This document shows, piece after piece, positions 39,600 through 54,268 of a stretch of 64,000 nucleotides of DNA. Positions within the stretch are counted from its first letter, which is position 1. Each line of letters begins with the position of its first letter. The DNA comes from Octopus vulgaris (lineage: Eukaryota): contig OX597827.1 of NCBI GenBank assembly GCA_951406725.2, positions 50,964,001 to 51,028,000 of the forward strand. The letters run 5' to 3'. Below the pieces are notes generated by a model, which saw nothing but the letters and a program-made list of their open reading frames with translations, did no database searches and was not told the DNA's origin. The translations under genes were made by a program, and so were the position numbers.

Positions 39600-40735
39600 C
39601 CTACCTCAAATGAACATTGCTTGAGATCGAAAATGAACACAAACACTCCCATGAAAAGGAGAGGGCAAAAAAGGAGGACAAGGCTGTCAAAAATATTAAG
39701 ACAAACCCTAAAGCCTTCTATAGACATTCAAAACAATCTGCTTCAGTACAGTACAAAAGAGGGCCACTGCTTGAAGAAAACGGCTCACTGACTGCAAACC
39801 CTCAGAGGATTAGTGAAAGACTGAATGTGGAATACAAGAGTGCTTTCATCACTCCACTGGGACACTTGCAAATGGCAATTATTGACAGCATCAATATAGA
39901 GGAAACTGATGTGATACTAGCCATTGGTGAGATGAGCCCAACCTCAGCCCTGATGGATTCCCAGCAATCCTCCTAAAGAAATGCAAAGGGGCTTGAGCCA
40001 GACCACTTCAGATTCTCTTCCAGAGCTTCCTCACAACAGGGAGACTTTCCAAAATGTTAAAGGAAGGCATTATATGCCCTATCCATAATGGAGATAGCAG
40101 AGCAGATGCTAAGAATTATAGACCTTTCTCTCCAACTCCCTGTGTCAGCAAAGTCGTGGTGCGCATTGTCAGGAAAAAGCTAATTGCATTCCTTGAAGAT
40201 AATGACTTGCTTCTTGACACCCAGCATGGCTTTCACTCAGGCAGAAGCTACTTTACACAGTTTATGCAATACTACAACTGAGTGTTAAAACAATTCATGA
40301 ATCGCTCAAATGTAAATGTGATATATCTCGACTTTGCAGAGGCCTTTGATAAGGTTGATCGTGGGATGATATGTCACCAACTATGGAGACTCAGCATAAC
40401 TGGGAAAATTGGAGAGTGTTTGGATGACTTCTTAAAAGACAGGAGCCAAGCTGTAGTGGCCAAAGGAGCCTTCTCCACGGAGACATTAATAGTAAGTGGA
40501 GCGCCTCAGGGAACTGTATTGGGGCCACTACTGTTCGCGACAGCTCTTTCAGATATGTCATCAGTTACACAGATAGCCTCACTTACTAGCTATGCCTACA
40601 ATTACTACAAGCAGTCAACGAACCTTCTGAAGCCAATCTTCTACAGAAATACCTAGATGCCATATATAAATGGGCTGAGGACAACAACATGCAATTTAAT
40701 GCAGGTAAATTCCAAGTCCTCCGCTACCAGCTAAA
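39600..40735 (+). mobile_element. CR1/L2-clade LINE reverse transcriptase fragment (pseudogenised)
   Basis: NIKTNPKAFY, NYRPFS, QHGFHSGRS, VIYLDFAEAFDKVD and SGAPQGTVLGPLLF occur in RT order, broken by stops and frameshifts. Confidence 0.9.
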
Positions 40736-41023
40736 TGGTGCTCAGAAATCACAGCAATAACTCTCAGTACATGTCCTCAGATTGCACTGTCCACAGATTG
40801 ACACCCAAACACTCTGAAACGTTCATACTGGAGCTTCCAGTGTGAATGCCAAGCAGTACAGTATGTTTCTAAATTTCTGGCAAAGTGAATTGCTTCATGG
40901 TGCTGTTTTTCTCATATACAGTACCCAACTAAACCTACTACACTGTGTAGTCAACAAAATCAAAAACAAACAATGCACATGTGCAAAATTAAAAATATAA
41001 AATGGAGACACTTTACTCATTGC

Positions 41024-41067
<44 letters not shown>

Positions 41068-41366
41068 TGAAAAATAGGATAGATTCTTTATAAGAATTTA
41101 TCAAGTAGTTAGCATGAAAAATCTCATAAGGGAAAAATCCATCAATTATTCCTCTTAAATATATTTACTCATATTAAGGGCATTAATATACATAAATGCC
41201 TTAATATGAGTATATATATATATATATATACCAGAGTAAACACATAAATATGAAACAAGGTGGAAAAAAGAGTACTCAAATACCAGAGGTAGAGTAATAT
41301 GCTTTATTTAAAAGCAGCAGAAATATAACAAAAGCTTTTGTTATATTTCTGCTGCTTTTAAATAAA

Positions 41367-41560
<194 letters not shown>

Positions 41561-42551
41561 ACAACAGGTTTCATCACAGTTTCTGTTTAGCAAATTCTAC
41601 TCAGTGGATATCAGTTAACCCTAGACTGTAGGAGAAAATACTTGCCCATGGTCTGCATAGTGTGACTGAACCCTGAGGTTGCACAGCACTATTCCTAACT
41701 GCACAGCAACACCTGCATCATTACACAAAGAACAATTATCTTAGGCAAGAAATATAAGATTTATCTCTGTAATGATAATCTTATGTGTTGCAATAATCTA
41801 TTGCTGTTTGAAAGAAATGCCTAACTACTATTTCTATATGAAGATCAATGTTATGAAATAATCTGAGCGCTTTCATTTCTCTCAATGGAGACTTACAGAT
41901 TCAATTGAATTTCCTGATGTTGATCTTACTGGCAACATATTTTGTTATATTTGATCCAATATTCATGGCCTCACACCTCATACTATGATGTCAAAGTTAA
42001 AGAGGAATTTTTGTGTAAATGTTTATGATAAGGAAATAGTTGAACAGTCAAGCTAAAAAAAAAAAGAAGAAGAAAAGCCTTGAAAATGCAGTTTAACTGT
42101 TAAAAATCGAATAAAGTTATTACTGAACATAAATTGTATTACCCATGAAGATAGATGTTTACTTTGATAGCGTTTGTTTATGTATTGCTAAAACAAGTCT
42201 ATAGAACTGAACTAACAACTGTATTTATGTATTTCTAGATAATTACAAGATTTACTGCAGAGTTAACAAGCTACAAAGTAAATATGGAAAAATTGTGAAG
42301 ATACGAAAAGTTCTTTACAAACAGTTGTAGTTTTTGTATTTTCTTAATTACATTTTCTAAACAAGAGCATTGTTAGTTATAAGGTTAGTTATAATGGACC
42401 AATCACTGCTTCAATGCATTTGAGCAAGATGAACAAGGAGTCTCTGTGCAAATGAGTAAAGCAAACATCAGAAGGAACTGGTTGATCAATACCTCATTGA
42501 CACTTTAGTCTTTCACAGATATACATCCATCACAGATATCTTTTATCTTTT

Positions 42552-43084
42552 ACTAGCATTATGACCCGGAAACACCGGGTCATAGTGCTAGTGCATGCAT
42601 ATACAGCTGCATGCATGCGCACATACATGCAAGTACTATCCAAATCTCCGATCAATCACATACAGCTAGCTGGCATTCAATTGGCGTATCAAGTTTCGGG
42701 CATTTTGATTGGGTTTTGGATAGAAAATTCACAAAAAAGTCACTTCTACTGATTTATTAATGGCTTTGCAGGGTGACTGGGGGAAATGTGAAGATGTGCA
42801 CGACCACCCTGGGACGGTTTTGAATGACCATAGAAAGTGCGAGCCCTCTAACTGAAAAATTGTGGATTTGTATATATATCTTTACTACCCACAAGGGGCT
42901 AAACAGAGAGGGGACAAACAATGACAGACAAAGGGATTAAGTCGATTACATCGACCCCAGTGCGAAACTGGTACTTTATTTATCGACCCCGAAAGGATGA
43001 AAGGCAAAGTCGACCTCGGCGGAATTTGTGGATTTGTATAAAGGACACAGACGCAGACATTTTGCCGTTTATATATATAGAGAT
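42552..43084. mobile_element. Helitron/Helentron-like non-autonomous element with a nested SINE fragment
   Basis: Terminal hairpin ACTAGCATTATGACCCGG-aaaca-CCGGGTCATAGTGCTAGT. The other end is ACAGAC...TTTATATATATAGAGAT. A SINE A fragment at 42875-43025 is flanked by the 15-bp TSD ttgtggatttgtata. Confidence 0.65.
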
Positions 43085-43438
43085 TTGTTTCAATCATTAG
43101 ATTGCAGCTATGCTGGGCCACCACCTTAATGAATTTTAGTGAAATGAATTGACCCCAGTTCTTGTTTTTTTAAGCCTGGTACTTACTCTATCAGTCTCTT
43201 TTGCTGAACTGCTAAGACACGAGGACATAAACATGCTAACACTGATTGTCAAGAGATGGTGGGGAATAAACACAGATACAAAGATACACACACATATGAT
43301 GAGCTCATTTCAGTTTTTGCCTACCAAGTCCACTTACAAGGCTTTGCTCAGCACAAGGCTATAAAGTAGGAGACACATGGCCAAGGTGCCATGCAGCGAG
43401 ACTGAACCTGGAACCATGTGGTTCAGAAGCAATCTTCT

Positions 43439-43855
43439 TATTTCTTTATTGCTCACAAGGGCTAAACATAGAGGGGACAAACAAGGACAGACAAAGGGAT
43501 TAAGTCGATTACATCGACCCCAGTGCATAACTGGTACTTATTTAATCGACCCTGAAAGGATGAAAGGCAAAGTCGACCTCGGCAGAATTTGAACTCAGAA
43601 TGTAGCAATGGGCGAAATACCTATTTCTTTACTACCCACAAGGGGCTAAGCACAGAAGGGACAAACAAGGACAGACAAACAGATTAAGCCGATTATATTG
43701 ACCCCAGTGCGTAACTGGTACTTATTTAATCGACCCCGAAAGGATGAAAGGCAAAGTCGACCTTGGCGGAATTTGAACTCAGAATGTAACAGCAGACAAA
43801 ATACCGCTAAGCATTTTGCCCAGCATGCTAACGTTTCTGCCGGCTCACCGCCTTC
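43439..43855 (-). mobile_element. Tandem pair of SINE family A nested in a family B SINE (about 43085-43870)
   Basis: Two head-to-tail minus-strand copies interrupt a family B copy. cttctta recurs at both junctions. Confidence 0.8.
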
Positions 43856-44859
43856 TTACCACACAACCATGCTTGTACTTATAATGATCCTACATGTCTG
43901 TAAGTATGTATATACATACCTACAAACAGACAGATAGAAACATACATGTATGATGGCTCCTGCACAGTTTCTGTCTATCAAGTTCTACTTGCAAAGAATG
44001 ATCAACCATAGTTAGGGTTGAAGAGCAATCGAATCAAAAACAGAACTACATATTTACATCGAAAATTTACCACTGCAACCATATCTAATGGAACTAAATA
44101 TTACAGGACTATATCTGTGTGACGTTCCAATGACTATTCAATATATTCGTCATAAAATATTTCCTATATTAATATAAAAAATGCTCTCTGAATAAAAGAA
44201 ACATTTCTCATCTTATATGACAAGACAGATAGAAAAATCAGCCATGTGTTTATAAATGATGTATGGCTAAAACGAATGAAAGAAGAATCAATCAATAAGT
44301 TTAAATTAAAAATATTTTTTTTATTTTCAGTTTTTTTTCAGTAACTGCCACCAATAACTTTCTAAATTGGATCTCAGCATGACTATTCAAAATTAATGAA
44401 ATGATCATAGGATTGTCAAAAATGGCAAGAAATGTTCATTAAATAGCTATTGCTAAGAGCTGAGTGGTGTTACTGATTCAGTGCTTGAACAGAACTTCAC
44501 AAATATATCAGTGAGATTTTATTGCATCATGCTACATGGTGTCTGTTGATGACCTGAAGATAACACACACACACACACACACACTTTCTCTCTCTTTCCC
44601 TCTCTCTCTCTCTCTTTCTCTCCCTCTTTTTCTTTTCTAATGCCCTTCACTCTTTCAGACATACATAGGGAATGCGCTGCAATTCTCAATCCCTGCAACT
44701 CTGTCTGCATTACCCAACAACCTCCATCGTACTGGCAACTAATTACTTTTCAGATGATCCAGCTTAAATTAATTTTTTCTTAAGCTTAATATCAAGAATT
44801 TTTAGCTAATGATGCTAATCATGATACTGATTACCAAGATGATGGCTGGGGAGTGAGAT

Positions 44860-45243
44860 GGGGGTGAGAGAAGGGGGGAGTTAGATGAGGAGGGGGAGAT
44901 GGAGGAGGAGGAGGAGGGGAGGAAGAAGAGGGGATGTGAGGGAGGAGGAGGAGGAGGGGGATGAGGAGAGGATAGAGAAGGAGGAGGAGGAGGAGGATGG
45001 GGGAGGAGGAGGGGGAGGAGGGGGAGGAGGAGAGGATAGAGGAGGAGGGAGGATGGGGAGGAGGAGAGGATAGAGGAGGAGGAGGATGGGGAGGAGGAGA
45101 GGATAGAGGAGGAGGAGGAGGAGGAGGAGGGAGGAGGAGGAGGAGGAGGAGGAGGAGGAGGAGGATGGGGAGGAGGAGGAGGATGGAGGAGGAGGAGGAG
45201 GATGGGGAGGAGGAGGAGGATGGGGAGGAGGAGGAGGAGGAGG
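44860..45243. repeat. (GGA)n-rich purine tract
   Basis: Directly visible in the sequence. Confidence 0.95.
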
Positions 45244-45569
45244 TAATCAATTTAGTATTTTGAATTTCTTTGAGCTTTGACAGGCAAAGGAAACAGCAAA
45301 ATATGCTCAATTAATGTTATTACAGATATGTAACATAAATAACAACCAGCAGATCAGCAGCATTAATAGTGCTGTTATTACACTCTGAACCACCTCTGAC
45401 TGAGCAGCAAATATACTCAAGGGTCTTCTAGTCATGACCATCCCATCATTTTTAGCCTTTGGTGGGAGTGAAGGGCGATTTAAGGGACCCTTGATAACTA
45501 TTTCCAGGAGATAAAGAGTGTGGATACATCTTTTACTGTTGTTGATCTTCAGCCCATCTCAATATGGTT

Positions 45570-45955
45570 CAGTAGTTCTCAACCATTTTTTCACCTATGG
45601 ACTCCATTCAATGTTTAAAAACTAATTTCATAGATACTTTCTTTTATTTCTTTTATCTTTTACTTGTTTCAGTCTGCGGCCATGCTGGAGCACCGCCTTT
45701 AGTCAAGCAAAGATGCGTCCTATTTTGTCATTCACTCATTCACTTTTATTGGTTGAACTTATATAAAGCATCCGAGAAAGAAACCTTGTAAGACATACAT
45801 TTAAATCAGAACTTTTTAAGGAGCTTTAAAATACTACTGTAGATCCCCAGTTTACTATTTTGCAAGCAGGGACCCCTCCGCCCCCCGTCTCCTTACTCAT
45901 TAAAAATATTATATGGGCTCCTAGAGGCCATCTGAACTCTGGTTAAGAACCACTG
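45570..45955. mobile_element. Old hAT MITE with a SINE tail inserted
   Basis: TIRs CAGTAGTTCTCAACC / GGTTAAGAACCACTG. The TSD is degenerate. Confidence 0.65.
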
Positions 45956-46189
45956 ATGTAGATCAAGCAGAACCATAGATGTTCAGTCCATGACTTTCTC
46001 TTTTGCATACCATACACTACATTAGCCAATATATCTGTCTTTATTCTAAGATGATAGTGTAGGGTTTGAGGAAGATTTGACTGATACATGGTTCTTCAAT
46101 GGCTCCTTGTGGTAGGGTTGTCATTATTATTGTTGCTGCTGGTAGGGCAATATTCTAGAGCCATAAAATCATTATTCATAATGTTCCTT

Positions 46190-46223
46190 TCTTTCCCTCT
46201 TTCTTTCTTTCTCTCTCTCTCTC

Positions 46224-46310
<87 letters not shown>

Positions 46311-46516
46311 ATATATATATATATATAGGGAGAGTTTACGAAAAAAGCGAAAGACGAAGACAGGTGGTGTACAAAACAAACAGATGTATTAGTATAACGC
46401 TCAGGAATAGTAAAAGTCTTATGTTTCGAGCCTACGCTCTTCTACAGAAAGGAACACAGAAAAAACAAGGAGAGAAACAAGGAGAGAGAAAAAAGGAGAG
46501 GAAAAAAAGGATATAT

Positions 46517-46581
<65 letters not shown>

Positions 46582-46669
46582 GAGAGAGATAAATAGATAG
46601 ATAGATGGATAGAGACATACATACATACATATATACATACATATATACATACATATATACATACATACA

Positions 46670-46703
<34 letters not shown>

Positions 46704-46705
46704 CA
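46190..46705. repeat. (CT)n, (TA)n, (GATA)n and (CATA)n cluster with a Penelope-like fragment at 46328-46510
   Basis: Directly visible. The fragment matches 13993-14100. Confidence 0.85.
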
Positions 46706-47040
46706 AGTTCTGTGTCTGCTGTAATTGCAGTATTGTTGTTTAGGTATCATGAATTACATCAACGCTATCAATACTGTTCTTGGATTGTTGTTGGTGTTGT
46801 TGTTATTGTTGTTGTTAATATCTAGATCAGAGGTATTGCTGTTACCACTATAGCTAGTGTTGTTAATATCATTAGCTAAGAGATCAGTGCTATCACTGAG
46901 TTGCTGTTGTTGTTGTTGTTGTTTTTATTAGCTAAGTCAAAGCTATTGCAATTACTGGTTTTATTGATATTGTTAAATAGATTTATCATATTGATATGGC
47001 TGTTGTTGCTGATCTTAGCTTCAGCTTGATCACTGGTAAC

Positions 47041-47083
47041 GCAGCAGCAAGCAGCAGCAGCAGTAGTAGTGGTGGTGGTGGTG

Positions 47084-47130
<47 letters not shown>

Positions 47131-47181
47131 GGTGGTGGTGGTGGTGGTGGTGGTGGTGATAGTAGTAGTAGTAGTAGTGGC

Positions 47182-47244
<63 letters not shown>

Positions 47245-47410
47245 GGTGGTGGTAGTAGTGGTGGTGATAGTAGTAGTAGTAGTGGCGGTGGTGGTGGTGA
47301 TAGTAGTAGTAGTAGTAGTGGCGGTGGTGGTGGTAGTAGTAGTAGTAGTAGTGGTGGTGGTGGTGGTGGTTGTAGTTGTAGTAGTAGTAGTAGTAGCAGC
47401 AGCAGCAGCA
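47041..47410. repeat. (AGT)n/(GGT)n/(AGC)n mosaic
   Basis: Directly visible in the sequence. Confidence 0.95.
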
Positions 47411-48222
47411 TCGTTAGCTGCATGAGTAGTACCAATATGTCATGTATCACTGGTATCACCATTGCATTTGTTAATCATGCTAGGCTTTTAAATCTTCCAT
47501 CCATTAACCATGTCATCTACTATTTCTGGTTCCTCTATTTACACGCTGATAAAATTGTAACACCCACAATCACATTATGTATTCATTTGATACAACATGT
47601 CCTTCATTAAGTCGGTTACATTTTGCTAATATCAAGCATCCTCATAGATAATGGTGTACTGGATAACACTTACCAAAATTTTTAATTGAATTGAATGCTG
47701 CTCCTTAGAGAAAGAAACCAAAACCTGCATGCAAATGTCAGCCAACAATCATAGGAAAAGAGAGATGTAATCATTGAAAGTAAGAACGAATTTTGCAGAA
47801 ATTTGAATTTTCAGCCCTACTTGATATGTAGGATATGTGTAGGCAGGAATTTCCTTTAGTGCACTGAGTGCAATCTATAGATGCAGAAAAGGTGAAGTGG
47901 AATAATAGGAAGGTTTACACAGAAAGTAGTGTTTGCATGTGGAAGCAGTACAATTGCCATATTTCTTCCAGTTTTTATATTCTGAGTTCAAATTCCACCT
48001 AGGCTAACTTTACCTATCATTCTTTAGGGATCAATAAAATAAAGTAACTGCCAAGTACTTGGAACAAGGGTATCAACTAACACCCTCCCCTTGAAACTGC
48101 TGACCTTGTACCTGTATCAGAAACTATTATTGCTATTGTTGCTGCTATTCAATCAGATAAATCCTTCCCCTTACTAGTTGTGGCCCTTATAACAAATTCA
48201 ATATCAATAATTGTTATTAATA

Positions 48223-50056
48223 TCAGGTCATCCCTTAAGTAATGTTGTTGTTTTTGTTTTGTTGTGGGCTTTGAAAAAATAATAAAAAAGCAAGTATGGT
48301 ACCAATTCAATCAACTATATATTCCCCATTAGAATTTTATTGATGGAAAAGAATACAATTCCTTAGAGGCACTTGAAATGGACCTTCAAGAGGTTTTCTC
48401 TTCTAAGTCAGCTGATTTCTGTAGGAATGGTATAAAAAGAAATAACATTCTTTCTATACCATTCCTACAGAAATCAGCTGACTTAGAAGAGAAAACCTCT
48501 TGAAGGTCCATTTCAAGTGCCTCTAAGGAATTGTATTTTTTCCATCAATAAAATTTTGCAAGCTTCAGAATAAATGATAATCCAAAGGAGCAAGATCAGA
48601 AGAATACAGAGGATATGAAAGCCTTTCCCATCCTAGCTTCTCAATCTTGATACATGTGATTTTTGCTTTGCACTATGAGGTCTGACATGTCATGATGGCA
48701 AATGATACCCTTTCGACTGACTAGTGAGCACATTTGTTCTGCAAGTTTTCCATTCACTCTATCAATTTTTTCACAGTACACTTGAGCTGTAGTTGTCTGG
48801 TTTTGTGGCAGGGTTTCAAAGTGTATTTCACTAAACATGTCTCACCAAATCTTTGACAAAACTTTCCAAGGATGAAAATTTTGTTTTGGATTGAACCCAT
48901 TGATATCAGTGTTTAACACTCTTATAGAGTATCCACTTTTCATCACAAGTCATTAAGCAGTTCAAAAATGGAGATATTTTCTCATGTGAATAAAAAGCAG
49001 TGCAGATATTGACAAATTCCCTTTGATTGTATTCATTCAGTCCATGTGGAACCCATTTGCCAAGCTTAGACATGATTCCAAGTTCTTGCAAATGGCAATG
49101 GACTCTTCAAAAGTTGCATATGAATTTCTTCCAGTTGCAGTTTTCAACACATCATTAGCAAAAGAGACAGGATGCTTAGAACAGCAGGTATCTTCCAAGC
49201 TAAAGTCCCCTTGTTAAAATTTATGTAACCATCGTTGGCACTAGTTAATATTCAAAACACCATTGCCATACATTTCTTGCACATTCTTTTTATACCATTC
49301 CTACAGAAATCAGCACATTCTTTACAGCATTTGATGCATTGTTGCCTCTTTTATACTCATGTCTAATGTGCTCTTCTGTGAGATCCATTTTCCTGAAAAG
49401 CTATTAAAGAAACAAATTATTATTTGTCTGTTTGCAATCTAGGATCTGTCCAACTGAAGCTTTCCTTGCTCAGTGGTATTCCTTGCAGCGAGCTGGCAGA
49501 ATCGTTAGCATGCCGGGCGAAATGCTTAGCAGTATTTTGTCTGCCACTACGTTCTGAGTTCAAATTCCGCCAAGGTCGACTTTGCCTTTCATCCTTTCGG
49601 GGTCAATTAAATAAGTACCAGTTACGCACTGGGGTCGATATAATCGACTTAATCCGTGTGTCTGTCCTTGTTTGTCCCCTCTGTGTTTAGCCCCCATGTA
49701 GGTAGTAAAGAAATTGTTGGTAGTAAAGGCGGCGAGCTAGCAGAAGCGTTAGCACACCGGGCGAAATGCTTTGCGGTACTTCGTCTGCCGTTATGTTGTG
49801 AGTTCAAATACCGCCGAGGTCGACTTTGCCTTTCATCCTTTTGGGGTCGATTAAATAAGTACCAGTTACGCACTGGGGTCGATATAATCGACTTAATCCG
49901 TGTGTCTGTCCTTGTTTGTCCCCTCTGTGTTTAGCCCCTTGTAGGTAGTAAAGAAATAGGTATTCATGCACTTGTAAAAAACTTTTGTTTAAACATGTTA
50001 GGGCATGTTTCAATAAGTATGGTCTGGAAAACAACATTACTTATGGTATGACATAA
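48223..50056 (-). mobile_element. Defective mariner (DD34D) transposon with a nested SINE dimer and a fold-back rearrangement
   Basis: TA-flanked TIRs TCAGGTCATCCCTTAAGTAATGTTGTT / AACAACATTACTTATGGTATGACATAA. Motifs KWVPHGL, TCDEKW, HHD and YSSDLAPLDYHLF are present. Confidence 0.9.
49488..49958 (+). mobile_element. Head-to-tail dimer of SINE family A
   Basis: Two copies, starting at about 49488 and 49728, share the TAATCCGTGTGTCTG variant. Approximate TSD ggtattccttgca/ggtattcatgca. Confidence 0.88.
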
Positions 50057-50428
50057 TATTATCAGATTTGTCACATTTGACATTTGGTTTCATTAAACTT
50101 CCCTGTCCCACAGAGTTACTTTGCTGGAGTCCAGTGATGGAGTAGGTGTCCCTCCTTTTCTGTGTGGTAGCTATCACTGGAACAAAAAAATTGGCTATGA
50201 ATATTTACTAAAGTTTAAAAACCCACCCACACACCAACCCACCCAACAAATGAGACTGTGAGAGAGAGAGAGAAAGAGAAAACAAAGTGACAGTCTGTCC
50301 ATAGATGTGACTTGCAGGGCTTTGCTTTTTTTTTACCTGTTTTTGTTAAACAGTTACTGATCTTTCAAATGACTTCCATAGATTTAATACAAATATATTG
50401 ATTCAAACATGTCAGTATATATTAAAAC

Positions 50429-51060
50429 ACAGTTCTGAAAGAATCAAGTATGATATAAAAAATACTTAAGGGATACTAAATTACTTGCATTTATAACAGG
50501 CATACAGAGAAAATCAGTATTAACACCACTAAATTCCCAAATACTGTTTCCATTAATATTGCAATTTCCTCTGAAAAATTATTTTAGCAATATCAATATG
50601 TTCTTGAAATCTATACTATGCATTAATATCGTTATTTCTAAATTCACATTCTCTTAGTCAGTTTGGTTAATATTCTCTTCATAAGAATGCAATGTAGATA
50701 TGCTATTTTATTTCTTCTCTCTCGTGTTAGATTACACATGTGATATTGCATATCATGTTATTTGGTTTTATTGGATCAATTTAGTCATTGTTTACAGATT
50801 TTTAGTTAGATCTCAGATGAAAATATTTCCTTGCTTATGTTTTATCAGTGCCAACTTTTCATCTTCTTAATTTATGAGTCTTAATATTCAGTTTCTTCCT
50901 CCTAGCATATAAAGCAGATTGATTACTTGAGAATCAGATTGATTGCGTATTTTCACTGAATCGTTATTTGCTTTTATCCCACATTACAGATCAAGTGTTT
51001 GCCTTCTTTTTAGAATGCAGCTTTTACAGTTGAAAATCCAGTTGTTTACTCATTTCATAA
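50429..51060 (+). repeat. About 630-bp direct repeat, copy 1 (copy 2 at 58403-59039)
   Basis: Near-identical by eye over about 600 bp, from AAATACTTAAGGGATACTAAATTA to GTTGTTTACTCA. Confidence 0.92.
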
Positions 51061-51789
51061 TAAAATGGTTTATTTAGCCATCTTTTCATCTGCACTATAT
51101 TTACCTTAGTTTTGCAATTAAACATCCACAATGTTTTCCCATTTGATTGACCTTTTCATTTAGAAATCTGGATTTTCATATGCTTCTTTTTTTTCCAATC
51201 TATGAGGTACAAGCATGGCCTTGTGGTAAGAAGTTCACTTCACAACCACATGGTCTTGGGTTCAAGTCCCTCTATGTAACATCTTAGGGAAGTGCTTCCT
51301 ACTATATTCCTGGGCTGACCAAAGCTATTGTGAGCGTGTATGTGTACATGTGTCTGTGTATGTTTTAATATCAGTTCATATTCTCATCTTCCTTCACATA
51401 TGTCTTTTGGTTGTAAACAATTGCTTTGCTCTTCATGTGAACGGTGTCATTTGTTTCCAGTTCTCTTTGTAACAATATCTGGGCTATTTGTTGTTGATAG
51501 ACTGGGAGATTATTACTGTACTTAGAAATAGGTGGGGATTGGCACCAAAAAAGACACCATACGAAACTTTGTCCCAACTTTGATAGTGATGATGACAACA
51601 ACAACAACAACAACAAAGACAACAACAATGCATAAACTGTTCCCTTCCACACATTTTATAGATATTGTTCTTATTCTGAATATTAATCCACATTCCTACC
51701 AGGAATATTTAACCTAAAATCCATTCTCTACATATCTGTTGTTGTCTATATACCAGACACACAAGCAGGAAACTTTGTATATATACCCC

Positions 51790-51906
<117 letters not shown>

Positions 51907-54180
51907 TGTATGTATGCATGTGTATATGCATGTATGAATGAACGAATAAATGAAGTGTGTATGCCTAATACACTAATTTCATTTCACATTTTCTAATACA
52001 GTCTCATTTCTAGCCATTTATTTGCAAATAACTGTCTCTGATTATAGTGTCCAGAACATCATGTTTCTCTATGCTATTGCAATATACTTTAAATTGAAAG
52101 CTTGATTGAATCTCGCATGTTTTTGTTTCCCTTATCTACATTTATTTTATCCTATTTTCACAATTTCTTCATTGTTGGTTTTTGCTTGGATCACTTTGTT
52201 AAACTCTAGTTCACAAATCTTTTGTACATTTCTTTTCTATTTTTTTTTTCAATCTATATAACTTGTGAATAAGTACCTACCTTTATCCTAGTTCAAAAAT
52301 TGATTTGTACATTAATACCTTAGTTGACACATTCTACAACAGGTTCTCACAGAAAGTCTATCCATTATATGTTTAAAAAATTGTCCCATTCTTAGTGACA
52401 CAAAAATACATATATTTTTTTAATTGTTCTTTTATAGTTTATCTTTTTTTTATTCATTTCTAGCTTCCTGCTATTATTTGTTCTTCATTTATCAAACAAT
52501 CACTTTACAATCTTGCCTTTTTACATTGTCCCATCTATGATTGAATTATCTTACTTCTACACATTATGTGATAATGTGTATTGAAATGTGTTTCAGATAC
52601 CAATCATTTATAAATTACTGATTAGAAGGAATATATTTCAGAAAACATGGTTGTTACTGTTACATTACCTTCAAGAGAATCAAGATAATAAAATTCTGGA
52701 CTTTAATGACCGAAACCAATTGAAGAAATTGGCTCAACACCAGTAGACAAGTCAAAATTGATCTAGCTTGGCACAGTACCATTTTATCAGCATTTATCAC
52801 AAACATATATAATAAAAGTTATGGAACAGCTACAGAAAATAGGACGGGAAAGAAAATCCCTTTCCAATAATTTTGAAATTGATATGAAGAAATGTGATGT
52901 CAGAAATAAAATAATGATAGACTTCAACTGAAGTTTGTTGTTGATGTGGCTGTAGATAATCTTGGCTTTCATTAACATCTCCTGAGGAAAGATAAGAAGT
53001 ATAAAGGTGAAAATAGCAGTAGAGATTGTTAATGGAAACAATAACGAAAGTAAGAAATGAAAGTGAGTAAAGAAATAATAAAGAAAATGTGATATAGCTG
53101 AAAAGGAAGAAGATAAAAATGAATAAAGAGGAATGAAATTACAATGAACAGAAGAGGAAACTAAGAAAGAAGGAAAGGAAATGAAGAGGAAAAAGAATAA
53201 GATTAATGGTGGGAATGAAAAGTAGGGAAGAAAAAGGCAAAATAACAGGGGCCATACACTTATATCGGAAATCAAAACAACCATGAAATTATTGAAATAT
53301 GGCTGACATCAGAGTTCAAGACAGAAATAATTCTATGTTGGAACATTATTCTTATAACTCCAGGCTTTGCTTTTAGTCATTTGCTATATTCTATATTCAG
53401 GCACATATTATACATTTGCTCTGAGAGGCAAAATAATCCATACCAGTATCTGTGTTCCTTTGCTTTTGTATGTGAATAATAAGATATGCATTGTTATTAT
53501 TGGATTGTCAAAATAATTAGAGCATCAGATAAAATGCCTTTAAAGAATTTGGATACAGTTCTGTATGTCCTGAGCTGGAATCTTGCAACGGTCAGCTCTG
53601 CCTTTCATCCTTATGGTGTTGATAAAATAAAGTACAGTCAAACACTAGGGCTGCTTTGATCAAATAACCCTTTTCTCCAAAAAATATCTGGCCTTGTGCC
53701 TGCATCAGAAGCAATCATCATCATCATTATCACCACCACCATCATCATGTTTTCAACAACTTAGTACAAGTTTCTACTGCACCATTAGGTACATCTATAT
53801 CCCTAAGGTGTGTGCCACATTGTCTTCAAGGATGTAGAGTTGTGATTGCATATACTACATTAGATTTGTTGCAGGATTTGTTTTGTGGTTGGAATGGTTA
53901 TCTTAATATTTCCCCTATTATATAGAATATGTGCATTATGAGTTGTGTTATTTTGTTGGGTGATTTTTGTGATTTATAAGTGCTGTGTGGCTTATGATAA
54001 GGGTTTTAGTATCAGTTAGTGATCATGTAAAATAATTAGTTCTGTATTGTTTTGTGTTTTGTTAGCTGGTTGAAACTGTGTGAGCTGTTAGTGTTATGCC
54101 ATTGGATACAGAATAAGGCTATGTATTGCATTATTTTATCAGTTGCTGTTGTGAAGAACATGTCATGTGTTATACAGTTT

Positions 54181-54268
54181 GGAGATGACTCTGTAAAGTA
54201 CATGTTGTCTGGAGATGACTCTGTAAAGTACATGTTGTCTGGATGTAATTCTGTAAAGTACATGTTAT
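54181..54268. repeat. 30-bp tandem repeat, 3 copies
   Basis: GGAGATGACTCTGTAAAGTACATGTTGTCT twice exactly, then one variant copy. Confidence 0.92.

Noticed and set aside
52787-53284. 165-aa hydrophobic minus-strand ORF as a membrane protein
   Set aside because: It is the antisense of an A/G-rich low-complexity tract, probably a decayed LINE, with no motifs or splice support.
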